Part shown: piece by piece, positions 21,681 through 34,690 of the stretch
Layout of the letters: every line of letters begins with the position of its first letter
Position numbering within the stretch: the stretch's first letter is position 1
NCBI GenBank assembly: GCA_047495785.1
Contig: JBLDXI010000024.1
Span: 4,092,001 to 4,156,000, forward strand
Length of the DNA: 64,000 nt
DNA from: Lepidodermella squamata
Taxonomy: Eukaryota > Animalia > Gastrotricha
Direction of reading: 5' to 3'
Translations under genes and position numbers: made by a program
The notes under the pieces: model-generated
Seen by the model: the letters and a program-made list of their open reading frames with translations, nothing else
Told to the model about the DNA's origin: nothing
Database searches by the model: none

Positions 21681-23180
21681 TTGCACGCAATTTCGAGCAT
21701 TTCAAATTATCCTGTAAAACATCGCAAAATCAAGAAAAAAATCGATAATTTGTTATCGAATCGGCCAACCTCGGCCGCGATGTGAGGTCGTGAGTGTCGC
21801 TTCATAATACGATATCAGCCAAATTTAGGTAAGAGAAAAACACCAAGAATACCAAGGTGGAAGTTCTCTAATTCAATAGCCGCGAATTTGAACTTTTAAT
21901 GACCACGTTTCTCTCATCAACGCACCGTGCCGCTCTGAGGTCGTTGCGCCCCGCGGTGTTCGCGCACTAATACGCAACTCGCTGTGGCACCTTAATTGCG
22001 AGGAAATGGCAGGTTATGGCGTGATTTTGATAACCCGCAATTATTAAGGCACATTGAGTCATCGCGACGGTGGGACCGATGCCTCTTAATTAACCTGCAT
22101 CCCGAGCAACAAACTCATTGAAATTCGATAATAGACATTGAGAAACAGAGATTTCAGGTAAAAAAATGAAAATTTGAATTTGTTTACGATCGCAAAACCT
22201 GAGCATAAATCTAGCACTCTTTCTTCCTTACCTTGGTTTCATTCGCACCAGGTGCGGAGATATTAGAAAAGTAAAAAATAAAATTTGAAAAATACTAAAA
22301 TGACCCAACTCGACATAGGAAACCGTCGTAGTGCGACATTTCAGCCAACGACAACTGAGCAAAAACTCAGCCAAAATTTAAATTTAAATTTTGAATATAT
22401 GAAAACGGCATTTCAGCCAAAACTCAGCCAAAATTAATTAATGTCATAAAAATGGGCAATTAATTGCGTAATATCAAATGGTTCGAGAGGGCGCCTATGG
22501 GAAAGATCGCTCAGCGGACTTGACCGAAAAATACTGGCAAAGTTAGAATACTTAATCACCGACCTCTGCCTCGTCCCCGGCCACGACCTCGTTGTGTCCT
22601 TGTCCTCGGCCTCGGTCTGCCTGAACCGCGCCATCCTCAACACCTCTGACATCCAACGTTGTTGGGTCTTTCAAGTGTTGCATTTGGCTGGGTCTGATCC
22701 AGGCACCTTTTTGCTGGCTTTCAAATGAATCTAACCTCATCGTGCCCCAAAATATAGAAGCCGCGCTATATTTAGGCAACAGTGGTCGCAAAATTTCGGA
22801 AATTTACATTTCTTGACATTTGCCGGAACGGTACATTTCAAAATTATGAATACAATTTTGAACAATAAAAGTTTTTTCGCAATTATTTTATTGCGGTATT
22901 TGTGATCTCTGATCATACGGATGAGTCATCAACATTGCACCAACGATTATACCATAATATGATACAAAAATATAAATAACCCATCTTGTCCAGCAATTTT
23001 CTCAAAAGACTACGCCGCCGTTTATTAATTTGGCCCATTCAAAGGTAACGCGATCAATAGCAAACACCAAAAAACGCACGCACTCACCGAATAACTGAAA
23101 GAATGTCCGACTTATTTAGTTTATCACTCACTCACCCTGCGTTCATTTGACCCCGCTTTTTTTATTACAAAAAACACGAC

Positions 23181-24026
23181 ATGAATTCCGCGAATTTGCT
23201 CCTGCTGCTGATATTATCCTTTCAACCACCCGTTTCCGGCCAGTTGTTCAATCTGCCCACCTCATGGTCCGCCTTTGCTAGCTGGTCTGTAAACACAGCC
23301 ACGGGCAACTCGCCAGCCGCCTCCGTGCCTAGTGTCAGCATCAACCTGCCCAGCGTCTCAGTCCCTGGCGTCGGCTCAATCAACATCCCAGGCGTGTCGA
23401 TACCCAGCGTATCCGTGCCGTCACTCAGCGGCTCGTGGAGTTGGATAAACGGCGCGTGGTCCTGGATTGCCTCATCATCATCGCCTAGCGTCTCAGCCGC
23501 CTCGTCCTGGCTATGGTACGGCTCCTCCTGGATCCAGGCCACGTGGTCAGGCGCGGCCTGGCAGGTGTGGATGGGCACCTCATGGGCGCAATGGGCCGGC
23601 ACCTCCTGGGCGCAATGGGTCAATAACTCTTGGGCGCAATGGACCGGAACCTCCTGGGCAATCTGGGTGGGGACGTCGTGGTCCTACTGGAACGGTTACG
23701 CCTATGTCACAGCCTCGACTACCCCCTCAACTACCTGGTCACCCAGTTCGATTGTTCTGAGGCCGAATCAGCCGAGCGTGTCCGGGGGTAACCCATCACC
23801 ATCGCCGTCGCCCTCGCCCTCGCCATCACCTTCGAACCCGTCTTCGTGGACCCCGGTTGTAGTTGGGACACCCTGGTCGTCCCCATCGCCCTCGCCGAGT
23901 TCTTCCTCGAATAACGGCGGCTCGTCATCAGGCTCGGGTGATTCATCGTCGAGGTCGAAATCAGCTGAATTAGCCGTTTGTAAATGGACTATTATAACTT
24001 TACTAGCTGGCTTTACGCTATGTTAA
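23181..24026 (+). CDS. Intronless secreted, probably GPI-anchored Trp/Ser/Pro-rich repeat protein (281 aa)
   Basis: Signal peptide; (S/P)VS repeats; 8-aa W-x-G-x-S-W repeats; (SP)n stalk; hydrophobic C-terminus; AATAAA about 20 bp after the stop. Confidence 0.8.
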   Translation: MNSANLLLLLILSFQPPVSGQLFNLPTSWSAFASWSVNTATGNSPAASVPSVSINLPSVSVPGVGSINIPGVSIPSVSVPSLSGSWSWINGAWSWIASSSSPSVSAASSWLWYGSSWIQATWSGAAWQVWMGTSWAQWAGTSWAQWVNNSWAQWTGTSWAIWVGTSWSYWNGYAYVTASTTPSTTWSPSSIVLRPNQPSVSGGNPSPSPSPSPSPSPSNPSSWTPVVVGTPWSSPSPSPSSSSNNGGSSSGSGDSSSRSKSAELAVCKWTIITLLAGFTLC

Positions 24027-25010
24027 TTTGTCATTTTTCAAGTTCGACTAATAAAATCGATAGGATTTCCGATTGAATTTTTTCATTAAATTTTCGAATT
24101 TTTGGTCTGCGCATCAAAATAGAGAAAAATGACATCTTGTCCTAGAATTTGCGCAACTATGTATTTTTTAATTTGGTAATTATTTGTAAGAAATTTAAAT
24201 AATTTTTTCAACTGAAACATACCGAGAGATAGGTCTTTCTTTTAACCGCGATTCAATCGAAGATTTAATAGAAAATTTACCGGAGAAAACCCGGAAACCC
24301 CCGATGGTAACTGGTTCCTGGTTCGGTATTTTTCGGAATGTTACCCTGAAGGACCAAATTTCTCCGGGCTCTTTACATCCCATGAACCATGAACGAGTGG
24401 CATTCTTGACATTCTTGACTTGATTACTATTCTCGTAATTTTTTGAATTTTTCTAAACATTTTCGGGCCATAAGATGACTTTGTCTCTCATTTTAAAGTT
24501 CCTGAACCCTTTTTCCGTATGTATTTTCTTAGCCTGCGTTGCATTCGACCTTAATTACAGCCCAGACTTAGATTTACAAAAATTTTTTATTTTAAATTAT
24601 GTACCCATTACCTTATTTGAACTGAAATAATTATGTCAAATGTATTTCTAGCTCGGCGTGATCAAGACGAAAATGATTTCTTATTTCGAATTTTATTAGG
24701 AAAAAAGCAAAAGATTGAAATAAAATTGAGTAGAAAGAGGCAGTTTAAAGGATAAATACCACATCAGATCCATGAGAGTTCGAAATTTCGATTCATCATC
24801 GAAACGATACTAGCATAGCTCCTTTCCTGAAAGCCAGCATGAATCTGAAATAACGTGAAATTCGTGAAAAGCGAGAAAATCAAATGAAAACTTTACTCGA
24901 TGTAGCCGGGTCGTTCTTTGGCTGTACGGGTATCCGTGATGAAGCAATCACGAATTTCAATATCGCGCCAATCGCTGACAACAACAGCCGGTCATCCTTG
25001 AAAAAAAAAA

Positions 25011-25664
25011 GTTACAGACGAAACTCAAACTTTGTACCCGACAAAAACTACAAAAATGCCATTTTTCAGATGACCAAGAAGATCGGTCAGGCCAACAGGG
25101 CAATCACGCAGCTCCTAAGACTGAGACCTTACTTATCGACACGCCAGCTCGAAAATGCTTACAAGACCTACGTTCTACCATACCTCGAATTCGCTATGGT
25201 ACCATATACATTCGCGGCGTCGGCTAGCACCTTGGAGAAACTCGATGCAGTTCAAAACAGATTTGTTAAGATGACGGAAGCCAAATTGACACCGCTGGGC
25301 CATCGCAGATTCGTCGGGGTCATGACGTATCTCTACAAAACTATGGTAGCAGGTCGGGGGACGAAACAAGTCCGCTCGAAATTTATAAAAATTCCGAAGC
25401 CGAATACAAGAACGAGGGCAGCGAGCGAGAAACACCACCATCAACTACAGCTCGCAAAATCGTCGAAGAACAGGGTCGACACGGCACCCTTTCGAAGGAT
25501 GCAAGAGATCGTCAATCAATGGAACGACCTACCACGCGATACCTTTCCTGACACCGTCAACATCACAATATTTAAAGAAAAGATGAACGTCCTAGGGCGT
25601 CGGCTATAAGCCTACTAATGATAACTGTGTGCGCCTGAATTTTTTCGTAAATAAAAAAAAAAAA
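25011..25664 (+). mobile_element. 5'-truncated non-LTR retrotransposon (CR1/L2-like ORF2 C-terminus)
   Basis: AYKTYVLPYLEFA, LEKLDAVQNRF, LGHRR...YLYK and VNQWNDLP are typical post-RT motifs. Short 3' UTR with AATAAA and poly(A); an A-tract is also present at the 5' junction. Confidence 0.85.
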
Positions 25665-27760
25665 GATAATTTTGTAACATATTAAAAAGCAGCATAACGG
25701 GGCCTAACTAGGGCCCAGCTACTTTTGATGCGATGCAAAGCTTCCGATGAACATTGCCAAAAATGTTCGCAGAATTTTTCCTCGTTGCACGTGACACCCT
25801 TGTAACTTTTAACCACAAGGCTGTTTTGAATGAAGCCAGATTTCAATGTTTTTGCCATCGTGCTCTGACTGTAGAAAAACGGTCTGAAACGAATTGATCC
25901 AAGAAATTCCGATGTTTCGCGAGACACAAGTCTCCGCAAATTGATAGCCTACCTCCTCAGCCAATCAGGCAGAGATTCAATTTTTTAAATAATATTATTT
26001 TCCTGTTTTAACTAAGTTTGTCAAGGTATCTCGCAAGAAGAGCTTTCGATCAAAACTTCATCTGGAGGAACACGCCCGTGGCAATCTTACTCCGAAGTAC
26101 CCAACTTTTTGCGAGAAGTCAGTGAGTTCATGAGGCAATTCGTGAACATTTTCGACACTCTCGAAGCAGAAATTGCTCGACGTAAGGCGGTCCTGCGGAT
26201 AACGCGATCGCCCGCTGTTGTGAACTTCAGCCCACGCGAAAAACCCATCGTTTCCGGTTAGAAACGGACAATTTTGAAGTAAGCATTGACAACCAGCCAT
26301 GTACGTTCGCGGCTTCCATGGTTACTCTCGAAAAACTGGACGCCATACAGGTTAGATTCTGCAAAATCACTTGAGCCACGCTGCAACGTCGTTTTGTAGG
26401 AGTGATGACCTACTTGTACAAAATCATCGTTGCTGGACGTGGAACAGCTCAGGTTCGATCGAAATTCAAGCGAATTTTCAAACGGCGCACTCCTGCGCGA
26501 GAATGCACTGCCAAGCACTATCATCTAATCAGCCTAGCGTAACCTTAGGTTTAGCTAGAAATGCAGGACCCAACCTCGTTTGACTCTGAGCCGATACCTA
26601 AGAAATCGGAATCGAAGGCGAAATCTAACAACTCGAAGAAAAAATCAACGTCGTCTAAACGGAATTGAAGCCGTTCCAAAGTTTGAAGCCTCGCATGCAA
26701 ATAAATCTGCGTCTCAGCCGAAGAGTAGAAGGCAGACAAAAAAACCAAAACGGCGGCAAGTGCCAAGCAAAGCCAAAAAATTACCGGTAAAGAAATCGCT
26801 ACTGAACAATCGCAACTCGTGAGTATTGTTTTTTCTGTCATAAATCCCTGCTTCTTCTCAGTGCACGGTTTGCTCACTTTGGCTGTGTGAAGACATTTGA
26901 AAAGGGGTAGGTACGTGTCACGTTCGCAAATACCCTTTCGAAATGTAACGATTAGCGTAGTTGAATGTTTATCTCTGAAAATTTTTGATTAAGCAAAATT
27001 CACCTGCTTTTGGCGATTTTTGAAAATTAGCGAATAATTTATCACAATCATTTGCGTGGAATGGTGTGTACGAACGATATTCCGCTACAAGTGGATCGAA
27101 ACCGAATTCCAAGCGCAATGTTGCCACGCCAAGCACATCCAGCAACCAAAAGTCGAACCCAGTGAAGCGAATGCAATTCGGCTTGGTCGAGGTCGAGGCT
27201 GACACGTCCAAGCAAAACGAGGCGGCGCCGATAAAACTACCCGGCCGGCCTCTACAAAACTTTGACGCAAAGTAATTGGCAGATCAGGGCTGCAAAAAGT
27301 GTAAAACCTTCCCATATCCTATAGATTTTTAACAAAAATCTTCCCCATCATAACAGAGCAATCGATTGATCATTTATCGATTATCGATAATCGATGTAAG
27401 CCACATACATGATTTTAATCATACAATGGATGGAAGATTCGAATTTAGCGCAAAATCCTGCGTTCAGTTTTTGAAAAAATGAAAAATACTCAATTCAATA
27501 ACCTCTATTGCACCAATTGACTTCCAGAAGTAATTACCGGTAATTGAGGGTAATTAAATTTTATTACTATTTTGTAAACTATTTTGTAAGTGGGGCAAAC
27601 AATATATCAAACTAAGCACTCGCCCAACCAATTCGCCCAACTTTAATTTAAAATTAAAATTAATGCTCAAAGCTCAAAGGCATGCACGCGTGCGCTCAAG
27701 CATCAGGTGTAACATGCTGCACGCACCTTCAGAAATTAGGGGGCCAAGATTTTATGTAAT

Positions 27761-27835
27761 TGGAGCGACCCAAGTTTAAAACTAGCTCTATGGAGCGACC
27801 CAAGTTTAAAACTAGCTCTATGGAGCGACCCAAGT
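27761..27835. repeat. Perfect 30-bp tandem repeat, 2.5 copies
   Basis: Unit TGGAGCGACCCAAGTTTAAAACTAGCTCTA. Confidence 0.95.
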
Positions 27836-28460
27836 CTTACATTTCTATCCACATTTTTATTATTTGAATCTAAATTTTACTTCAACAATGTTCTACTCAC
27901 TTTTTCCACTTTGACATGAAATATAAGCCGGGTATAAGCAACACGTGTAATAAAAAGAAAGCGGCGAAAAAGTCGTCATGTTGCGCAACTTGCGAAGATA
28001 CTAATTTGATGCTAGTCGATGCCACGCTACGATGCGAAGAGCCTCCAGTCGCTGCCGACGTGCGAGTTATTGTAACTCGCGATTGCCGTCTCGAAAACGC
28101 GGTCGGCCTGCGATGCGCCTCAAGGTCCCAGACCTTGTAAAAGCGAAATGTAATTTTATTACACCTACTTATTATATTGTTGGTATGATCCACCTTAATA
28201 CATCTAGCACCTCCGCCACGTAAAAAAGTGACCGCAAGCGAGGAAGTAGGGGTAAAGCGGAAACGCGGCAGGCCTGCTAAAGTGTACAGCACAACAGCAC
28301 CTAAGACGCGCGGTCAACAGGCGTTGAGTAAACAACCCGCTGAGAGCAAATCCACTCCCCTTGAGGCACCCTCGTCACCCTCGCCATCCTCAACACCTTC
28401 GCCACACCTCGTCTACTCTTCGCGTTCCGGCTTACCGCCACTCGTGCCCCCGGAAATAAT

Positions 28461-28592
28461 TACCGAAATACTAACCCGGGCTTATACACAAATGATACCT
28501 CGAAAAATTGGGAAAAGAGGCTTCTATTCAAGACTAGGCTTCTATTTGAGATATGCCAGGCTTCTAAACGAGTGGGGGCTTATATTTCGGTA
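28461..28592. mobile_element. Small MITE nested in the MULE remnant
   Basis: Ends TACCGAAATA and TATTTCGGTA; internal GGCTT(A/C)TA motif repeated five times. Confidence 0.4.
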
Positions 28593-29504
28593 ACTATCTC
28601 CCGCATCACCCCGGGTTAAGAAGCGAAAATCAAGCCTTAAAACCACATCAACGAAAGTGCGGCCGCGGGTTTTGAAATCTAGGAAAGGTGTGACCGCGGT
28701 GATTGTGCCGTCTTCTTACATCGCCTAATGTCCCAAACATAATTAGCTCCAACACCCTACATGATCACTATAAACAGGCTATCGAGGCAAATAAAATAAG
28801 AACCGATAACTTGGTCGAGTCTAGGCATCATCGCATCAATGACAAATTAACGGCGCCGCATCGGAAGTCTGACCTCACGATAAACGATAAACAAGGTTGC
28901 TTCGGTCGAAACCAGGCTAGAACAGCAAGCCGCCGATCAAACGCTTAGCCGTGCAAACCCAAAACTCGACAAGAAAAATGCCGCAATAACATTTGTTACA
29001 GCCCAATATTTGAGCTCAATTAAAATTGCTTTACAACAAAAATTAGCTGCACTTTTAATCATTCTTAGTCATCAGGTGAGTAAAATAAGAATGATATACA
29101 GTTGAATTCTTGGATAATATCGGCAGCCATCGTTGTGAACTGATTTAAATAAAAATTGTTGCCTAGAATCTGTAATATTCGGGCGCGCGTGCGTATATTT
29201 AAGCATTAATTTTAATTTTAAATAAAAGTTGGGCGAATTGGTTGAGCGAGTGCGCGGTTGGGCGAAAATGTTGGGCGAGTGGGAATTTGAGCGGATTAAG
29301 TTGGGCGAACGGGAATCACCCCAACTTCAGCCTAAGAAATAGGCAACCCAGGTTACAAATACCTTAAGCACTCTTCAGGAATAAACGTAACGATGGGAAA
29401 TATGCAGGATAAATTAAGAATTTGGATGATGAGAAATTTAGTAATGTAAACAAGTTGGAAACGCTTTGCTAGGAAATCGCTTGCAAAATGAGAGCAAATT
29501 TCAA

Positions 29505-31146
29505 TTAAAATAAATAATGGTAAATACCTGTCGATTCGTCTTCTTTATGTGGATAGTCGATTTCAGTCAAAATTTCGCCCTCAAATTTTCTATCGATCCA
29601 ATTCGATTTTTCAGCCCGGGCTTGTTCCTCCTCCGACCTTACCCGAGGCAAAACTCGAAATCTCGCCGGATCCTGACGGCGAATCGTTATTTTAACCGAA
29701 GTGTCTTTATCCGGGACAAAAATCGCGTCCAAAAAGCAGGACATTGCCGAATAGGGCGGGCTGGATTTCAGCTTCGCGAATCCAGTCACAAAAATCTCAG
29801 CCACGAAAACGTCGGCCTTCTTATTCCAGTTCTTATGAAAGTTTGACATCGAATGGCGTTGTACGCAAATAAATCCAAGCCAAGCAAATCAATCGGCTTT
29901 AAATTTTCAACAGGGTAGCTGTGATGAAATAAAACCAGCGAAGATTTATCAACATAACGCGGCGTTCTCAATAAATCCGAGAAAGTTTCATTCAAATTCG
30001 ACGCGATTGTGGCGTAGGTTTCCGAAAATTTCAAAAAAAATTCAGGAATTTCCGCGTTCTCACCGGCGACTGAGTAATGCAACGCGAAGCACGTTCTTTC
30101 AGTTATCGGCAGAGTTTCTATGAATAAGTCGTTGTAAAACGCAACAATATTCGACTTGAAATGGCCAGGTTTTGAATTTAATTCCAGTAAACGTGTCTAT
30201 CTCGCAGCGCAATTTCACCGCCTTTGTAGTTCGAATCGAGGAAAATGAGAATCGAAATTGGCCATTGATTTTTCGACTTTGCTTCGACCCTTGATATCAG
30301 GTCATCTCGAGTGAAACCTCTGCCTTTCGGTATTAAAATCAAATTTTCCAGGGTTAGTGTAGCCATGGATGATGGATTAGCAAGTTTATCGACCCCGTCA
30401 TTAATGAGATTTTTCAACAGCGAAAATACCAGTTCGCTATCTAGGGAATGGCTGAACAATTTCGGCCATAAATTATCCGTTGAGAAGTCGAGTTGACTCC
30501 GGCAGAATGTCAAAATTATTGCGCTTTTGGCGACTTGTTTGAGTATTGCACATTCATCGAGTGGATAAGCAATGAAATGCCCTTCAATTTTCCACCTGTG
30601 AAAAAACAATTAGGTAAATAAAATGAACCAGTTTCGGACAAATCAGGCGAAAAACGTTTTGAAATCTCTAAAATCTTAAATGACCCAGTTTCGTGTAGTA
30701 TTTTTCACTTTGATTTAATTAAAAAAATTGAAATTTGATTCAAAATTTAAAAAATGTCAGGGTAGCAACTTGAAATCAAATTAAAATTTTCTAATTTTTT
30801 AAAAGCAGATAAATTGTTCCGCTGGAATTTTCACCCACCTTGGCAAGTAGTCGAGAATTTTTTCGCTGAAAAATTGAACTGCAGGACTAAAATCGTCATC
30901 TTCCTCATCGCAGTAAGATCCGTCTTCGTTGAAGAAATTGTGAATCAACGCAGCCAACTCGCGATGCGTTCTCGCACTGAAAATTTAAACATAAAACATG
31001 AAATAACTATTTCAAAATCTGTTATACTCCAATTCTGATTCGGCGTCGCTAGATGAATCCTACCGAGGGCAAAACAGAAAGTTAGAGCAGATCATCACTC
31101 AATAAAAACTCACTGAGATCTGCCTCTTTCTTTTCTCACTTGCCAT
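29505..31146 (-). pseudogene. Tandem family copy 2, frameshifted
   Basis: Homologous to copies 1, 3 and 4. A frameshift near 30181 (TGG AAT TAA instead of W-K-x-x-S-K-P-G) gives an immediate stop, and a second frameshift lies near 29848. The 3' exons were not recognised. Confidence 0.75.
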
Positions 31147-31596
31147 TTTTCGAAATTAAGAACCCTAAAACGGCCAAGTACATCTGATTAGTTGTAAGCT
31201 CAACAGTTTTTCAAACAAAATTGGTCAAAATTAAGAATAGGCAATGGGAATCAGGAGAATTATTTGCTATTTTCTACCGTGTTCTGTGGGTAGAATTTTT
31301 GCGAAATTGCACTAAAGTAGCAGGATAGGGAAATTCACGAGAAACCGAGTACTGAATACTGAGAAATGAGGTGTAACTCTATGATGTGGGCCACATGTTC
31401 TGCTGTTTCATACGAGGTAACGGGAAGAGCAAACAAATTATCGGACCATTATTTCAAGTTTTTACTTCGAGATATGAGATAAAAGTCTTCATTATAAAAT
31501 ATTAGAAAAAAATGAATTATTAATTAGAAAAATGAGAAGAATGTTTGAGCACACAGTTAGCATTTCATAAAATTGAATCCAAGTTTTCACATCAGT

Positions 31597-33560
31597 TCAT
31601 CTGTATGATTTTCGAACCAGCAGAGCGGCTTTTCGGAAGCCAAGCATGAATCTGAGTCGAAAAACAGAAAAATAACGCATATTTTTGCAATTTTTGCGCA
31701 CTTTTACTCGATGAATCCCGGTTTTCCTTCGGCCGGTCGCGTGTCGCTTGCATAGCAGTTTTGAACAGTTAGATCTTGCCAGACACCGGAGACGACAGCC
31801 GGACCTTCCACGAAAAATCAAGGTCAAAAAATTATTCCGATTTTTTTCTGCGAAAAATTGATTAATCAAATTTTTACGAATCTCAAAAAATCATCATAAA
31901 CTACGCCTATTTTATTTGGAAAAATTTGCGCCTCTATTAATCGATGAAACCGAAACAAGAAATTCGAATTAAAATTTATTTAATCAAATTTCTCTAAAAA
32001 TTTACTTCCAAAATTAATAAAAATCGAGTTTCATGAAAATTTAGAAAAATATAAATTTCACAGTCGAAACCTATGAAATTCAATATTTTTGTGGAACTTC
32101 TGACCAGTCTGGCAAAATAGTACCTCGCGATAAGTGCTCTTTGAACGGGAATTCGAGCTCGACCAAAATCTCGCCATCATTTTGATAATTGGCCCAATTA
32201 GCATGCAATTTGTTCTCGTAAACTTGGGTTCCACTGCGAACACGCGGCAACTTTCGCATCCTCTCCAAATTATCCCGACGAATCGTAACCTTCATATTCA
32301 TCCCCTTTTTCGGCGCAAAAATCGCCTTGTGGAAAATGCCGAAAGGACTAGGCGGATCGCCCGCCAATTCAGCCCGCTCAAAGCCGGTGACAAACACATC
32401 GACAAGCGCAATTTCAGCCTTCAAATGCCGCTCGACGCCAAAATTCGACCGAATCGCGTTGTAGCTGAACAGGTGGTAGTTATGCACGTCGATCGGCTGC
32501 AAATTCATAACCGGATATTTTTCAAAAAACGTTTGCAACGCAACTTTGCAGTGGAAACGCGGCAGATCAAGCAATTCGGAAAATCGATTACACAGATTTT
32601 TCGCTATTCTGGCATAACCAAACGGTTTAGGCTTCTCTAACTTAGCTCCGATTTTGCCGTAGACTGAGTAGAGTAAGACGACGCAACTGCCTTCGGTAAC
32701 TGGTTCGATTTCTTTGAAACACTCGTCGAAAAATGAGAAAATTTTCGATTTCAGATGACATGGTTTTGAAGGGATTTTCCACGAAATCGGCCCGATTTCC
32801 AACGACACAGCCCCTCCCTCGTAGTTGGAATCGAGAAAAGCCAGAAAGGTGACTGGCCAGCGATTTGAATCACCATTGTCCGGAATTAGGTCATTTTTCG
32901 TCAATTTTTGACCCTTCGGAATTACGATCAACTCTTTTAGATTTGCTTGAACCGGCACAGGTCCTAAAACAAGATGTTTCTCCACCCCATATTCCTCTAG
33001 CAAGTTCCGCATCAGCGAATCGACAAGTTCCGATTGCTTCGCATCGCTTAACAATTTTTGCCACAGTTCATCCTCAGAAAAATCTAGCTGTTTTGCGTTG
33101 ACCCTCAATATTTGCTGAGTTTCGAAAAATGATTCAGCTATCGGATAGCTCAAATAGCGGCCGTCGATTTTGAGCCTGGGTAAGCAGTCTAAGTTTGTAT
33201 CGGCGAAATATTCAATTTCAGGGCCGTGGTCATCAATTCGCTCATCCTCGCCACAGTTTTCATCTTCGTAGTCCGGCTCCCGCGCGGCTTCTTCTTCCGA
33301 ATTCATGCACTCGCCTTCTTCTTCGAAAAAATAACCGAGAATTTCTCTTAGCCGCATTTCGTTCTCCTCGCTGATTAATTGCAAAATTCAGAATGAAATT
33401 AATGAGTTTATTTCACATTTCTTACTCATTTCTGGCCTTTTTCTTGGATTTTCCAGCCTGTAAAACCAAGCAAAAAAATATGAAAAATATTTTATCTAAA
33501 TTGACATACTGAAACGGTTTCATTGCAATTTTCACGCTTCTTCTTGTTATTGCTTGCCAT
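31597..33560 (-). CDS. Tandem family copy 3 (two short basic 5' exons, main exon about 33371-32124, then 31805-31709 and 31651-31597)
   Basis: Start MASNNKKKR; WPVTFLAFLDSNYEGGAV; FFDECFKEIEPVTEGSCVVLLY; last exon EFMLGFRKAALLVRKSYR. Confidence 0.8.
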
Positions 33561-34690
33561 TTTACTGCACTCTTCAAATTATAAATTTGATTCGAAAAAA
33601 TCCTACAGGAAGATTAAACAAAAATTAAAGGCGCGTAAATTGAATTGAATTAAATTAAAAATTAATTGTGGAAAATGGATGCCGCGCAAGGGCGAAACGG
33701 GGTAGAGAAAGCTAATCTTTTCATTTCACATTTCAAAGACGCAACAAACGTAATACGTATCACGAGGAGACTAGTCTGCTCTAGTCCGTCTTGCCTCGCC
33801 GAGTGACGGCAGTAATTCAAGTCCAGCCAAAACTCGCGGCCCTGCTCACGTTTATAAAACTACAAAGCAGTATCAAGGTGTCACCTGGGAAAAGGTCCGC
33901 CCTCAGGAGAAGGAAGATTTCCCTTCGTACCGAGAACGCGAAGGAGCGAGCTTCTTGGTGTTTGGGTTTCTCCGATGTCACTGAAACTTCGTATGACATG
34001 AACCTCTTCCTTCTGAAGCATCATTTGAATAACATTAAATGTGATTTGATAACTTGATCCTTATGTGATTACAGTATTTCATGCGATAGATTCTCGACTC
34101 ATTTTGGATAGATTTTCGCCTTTTGTATCTTCCAAATTTTTTCTTGCGAATATCGCACTTCAGTGCCTTACTTTGTCGTGCTTCGTGAATTGCCTTTCTG
34201 CCTGTTGCCAATGATAACATAGGTATGATATAAATAATGAAATGCACACCTGTATCCGAACATGACTGTTTCTGAGTTTGCCTCGATTTAAGACGGTGTT
34301 ATGTCTCTCGGGCGCGAGAAGAAATGCGAGAAAGCAAAAGAACGGTGCAGTTAGAACGGGTTGCCCGACAAAGTCACAACCAGTTGATTACCTGAATTTC
34401 GTCGCGAAGTCGTGTGGCCAAATGTTCCCCGAGGGCAAGAAAACGCTGGATAGCTTCAATAAACTGGTTACAAAGTCGGGCGGTGACGTTGGACGGGCAC
34501 TGGAAGACATGTTTCTCGGCCTTGGACACGTCACCGTCCCCTTTCCATCTTCGGACATGGCGCCCAAGGAGTGCGTAGCGGTCGTTGCATTCTCCGTTTC
34601 TATGGGTGACATTTTATGCTGGTCGCCTAGTCGCGGGAGGAACGGCTATGCGACTTACACTGCATATCCCGTACATTCGAGCTCCAAGAA

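Larger units (their letters stand above)
27616..29322 (+). mobile_element. Degenerate Mutator-like (MULE) element
   Basis: About 50-bp subterminal inverted repeats (27616-27667 and 29202-29253) with TCGCCCAAC motifs; right end GGGAATCACCCC; transposase C-terminal motif RTDNLVESRHHRIN near 28800; AT-hook KRGRP near 28260. Confidence 0.7.

Noticed and set aside
22552-22791. GC-rich patch with short ORFs
   Set aside because: No recognisable motifs or splice context; probably a repeat fragment.
25682-27315. Short ORFs including a Lys/Ser-rich stretch
   Set aside because: Interrupted by stop codons; no family assignment or coherent gene model.
27761-27835. CRISPR-like 30-bp repeat
   Set aside because: Head-to-tail repeat with no spacers, in a eukaryotic transposon context.
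32134-32640. 168-aa plus-strand ORF, and the similar ORFs at 29517, 40696 and 20506
   Set aside because: Antisense shadows of the tandem family; their similarity comes from the sense genes.
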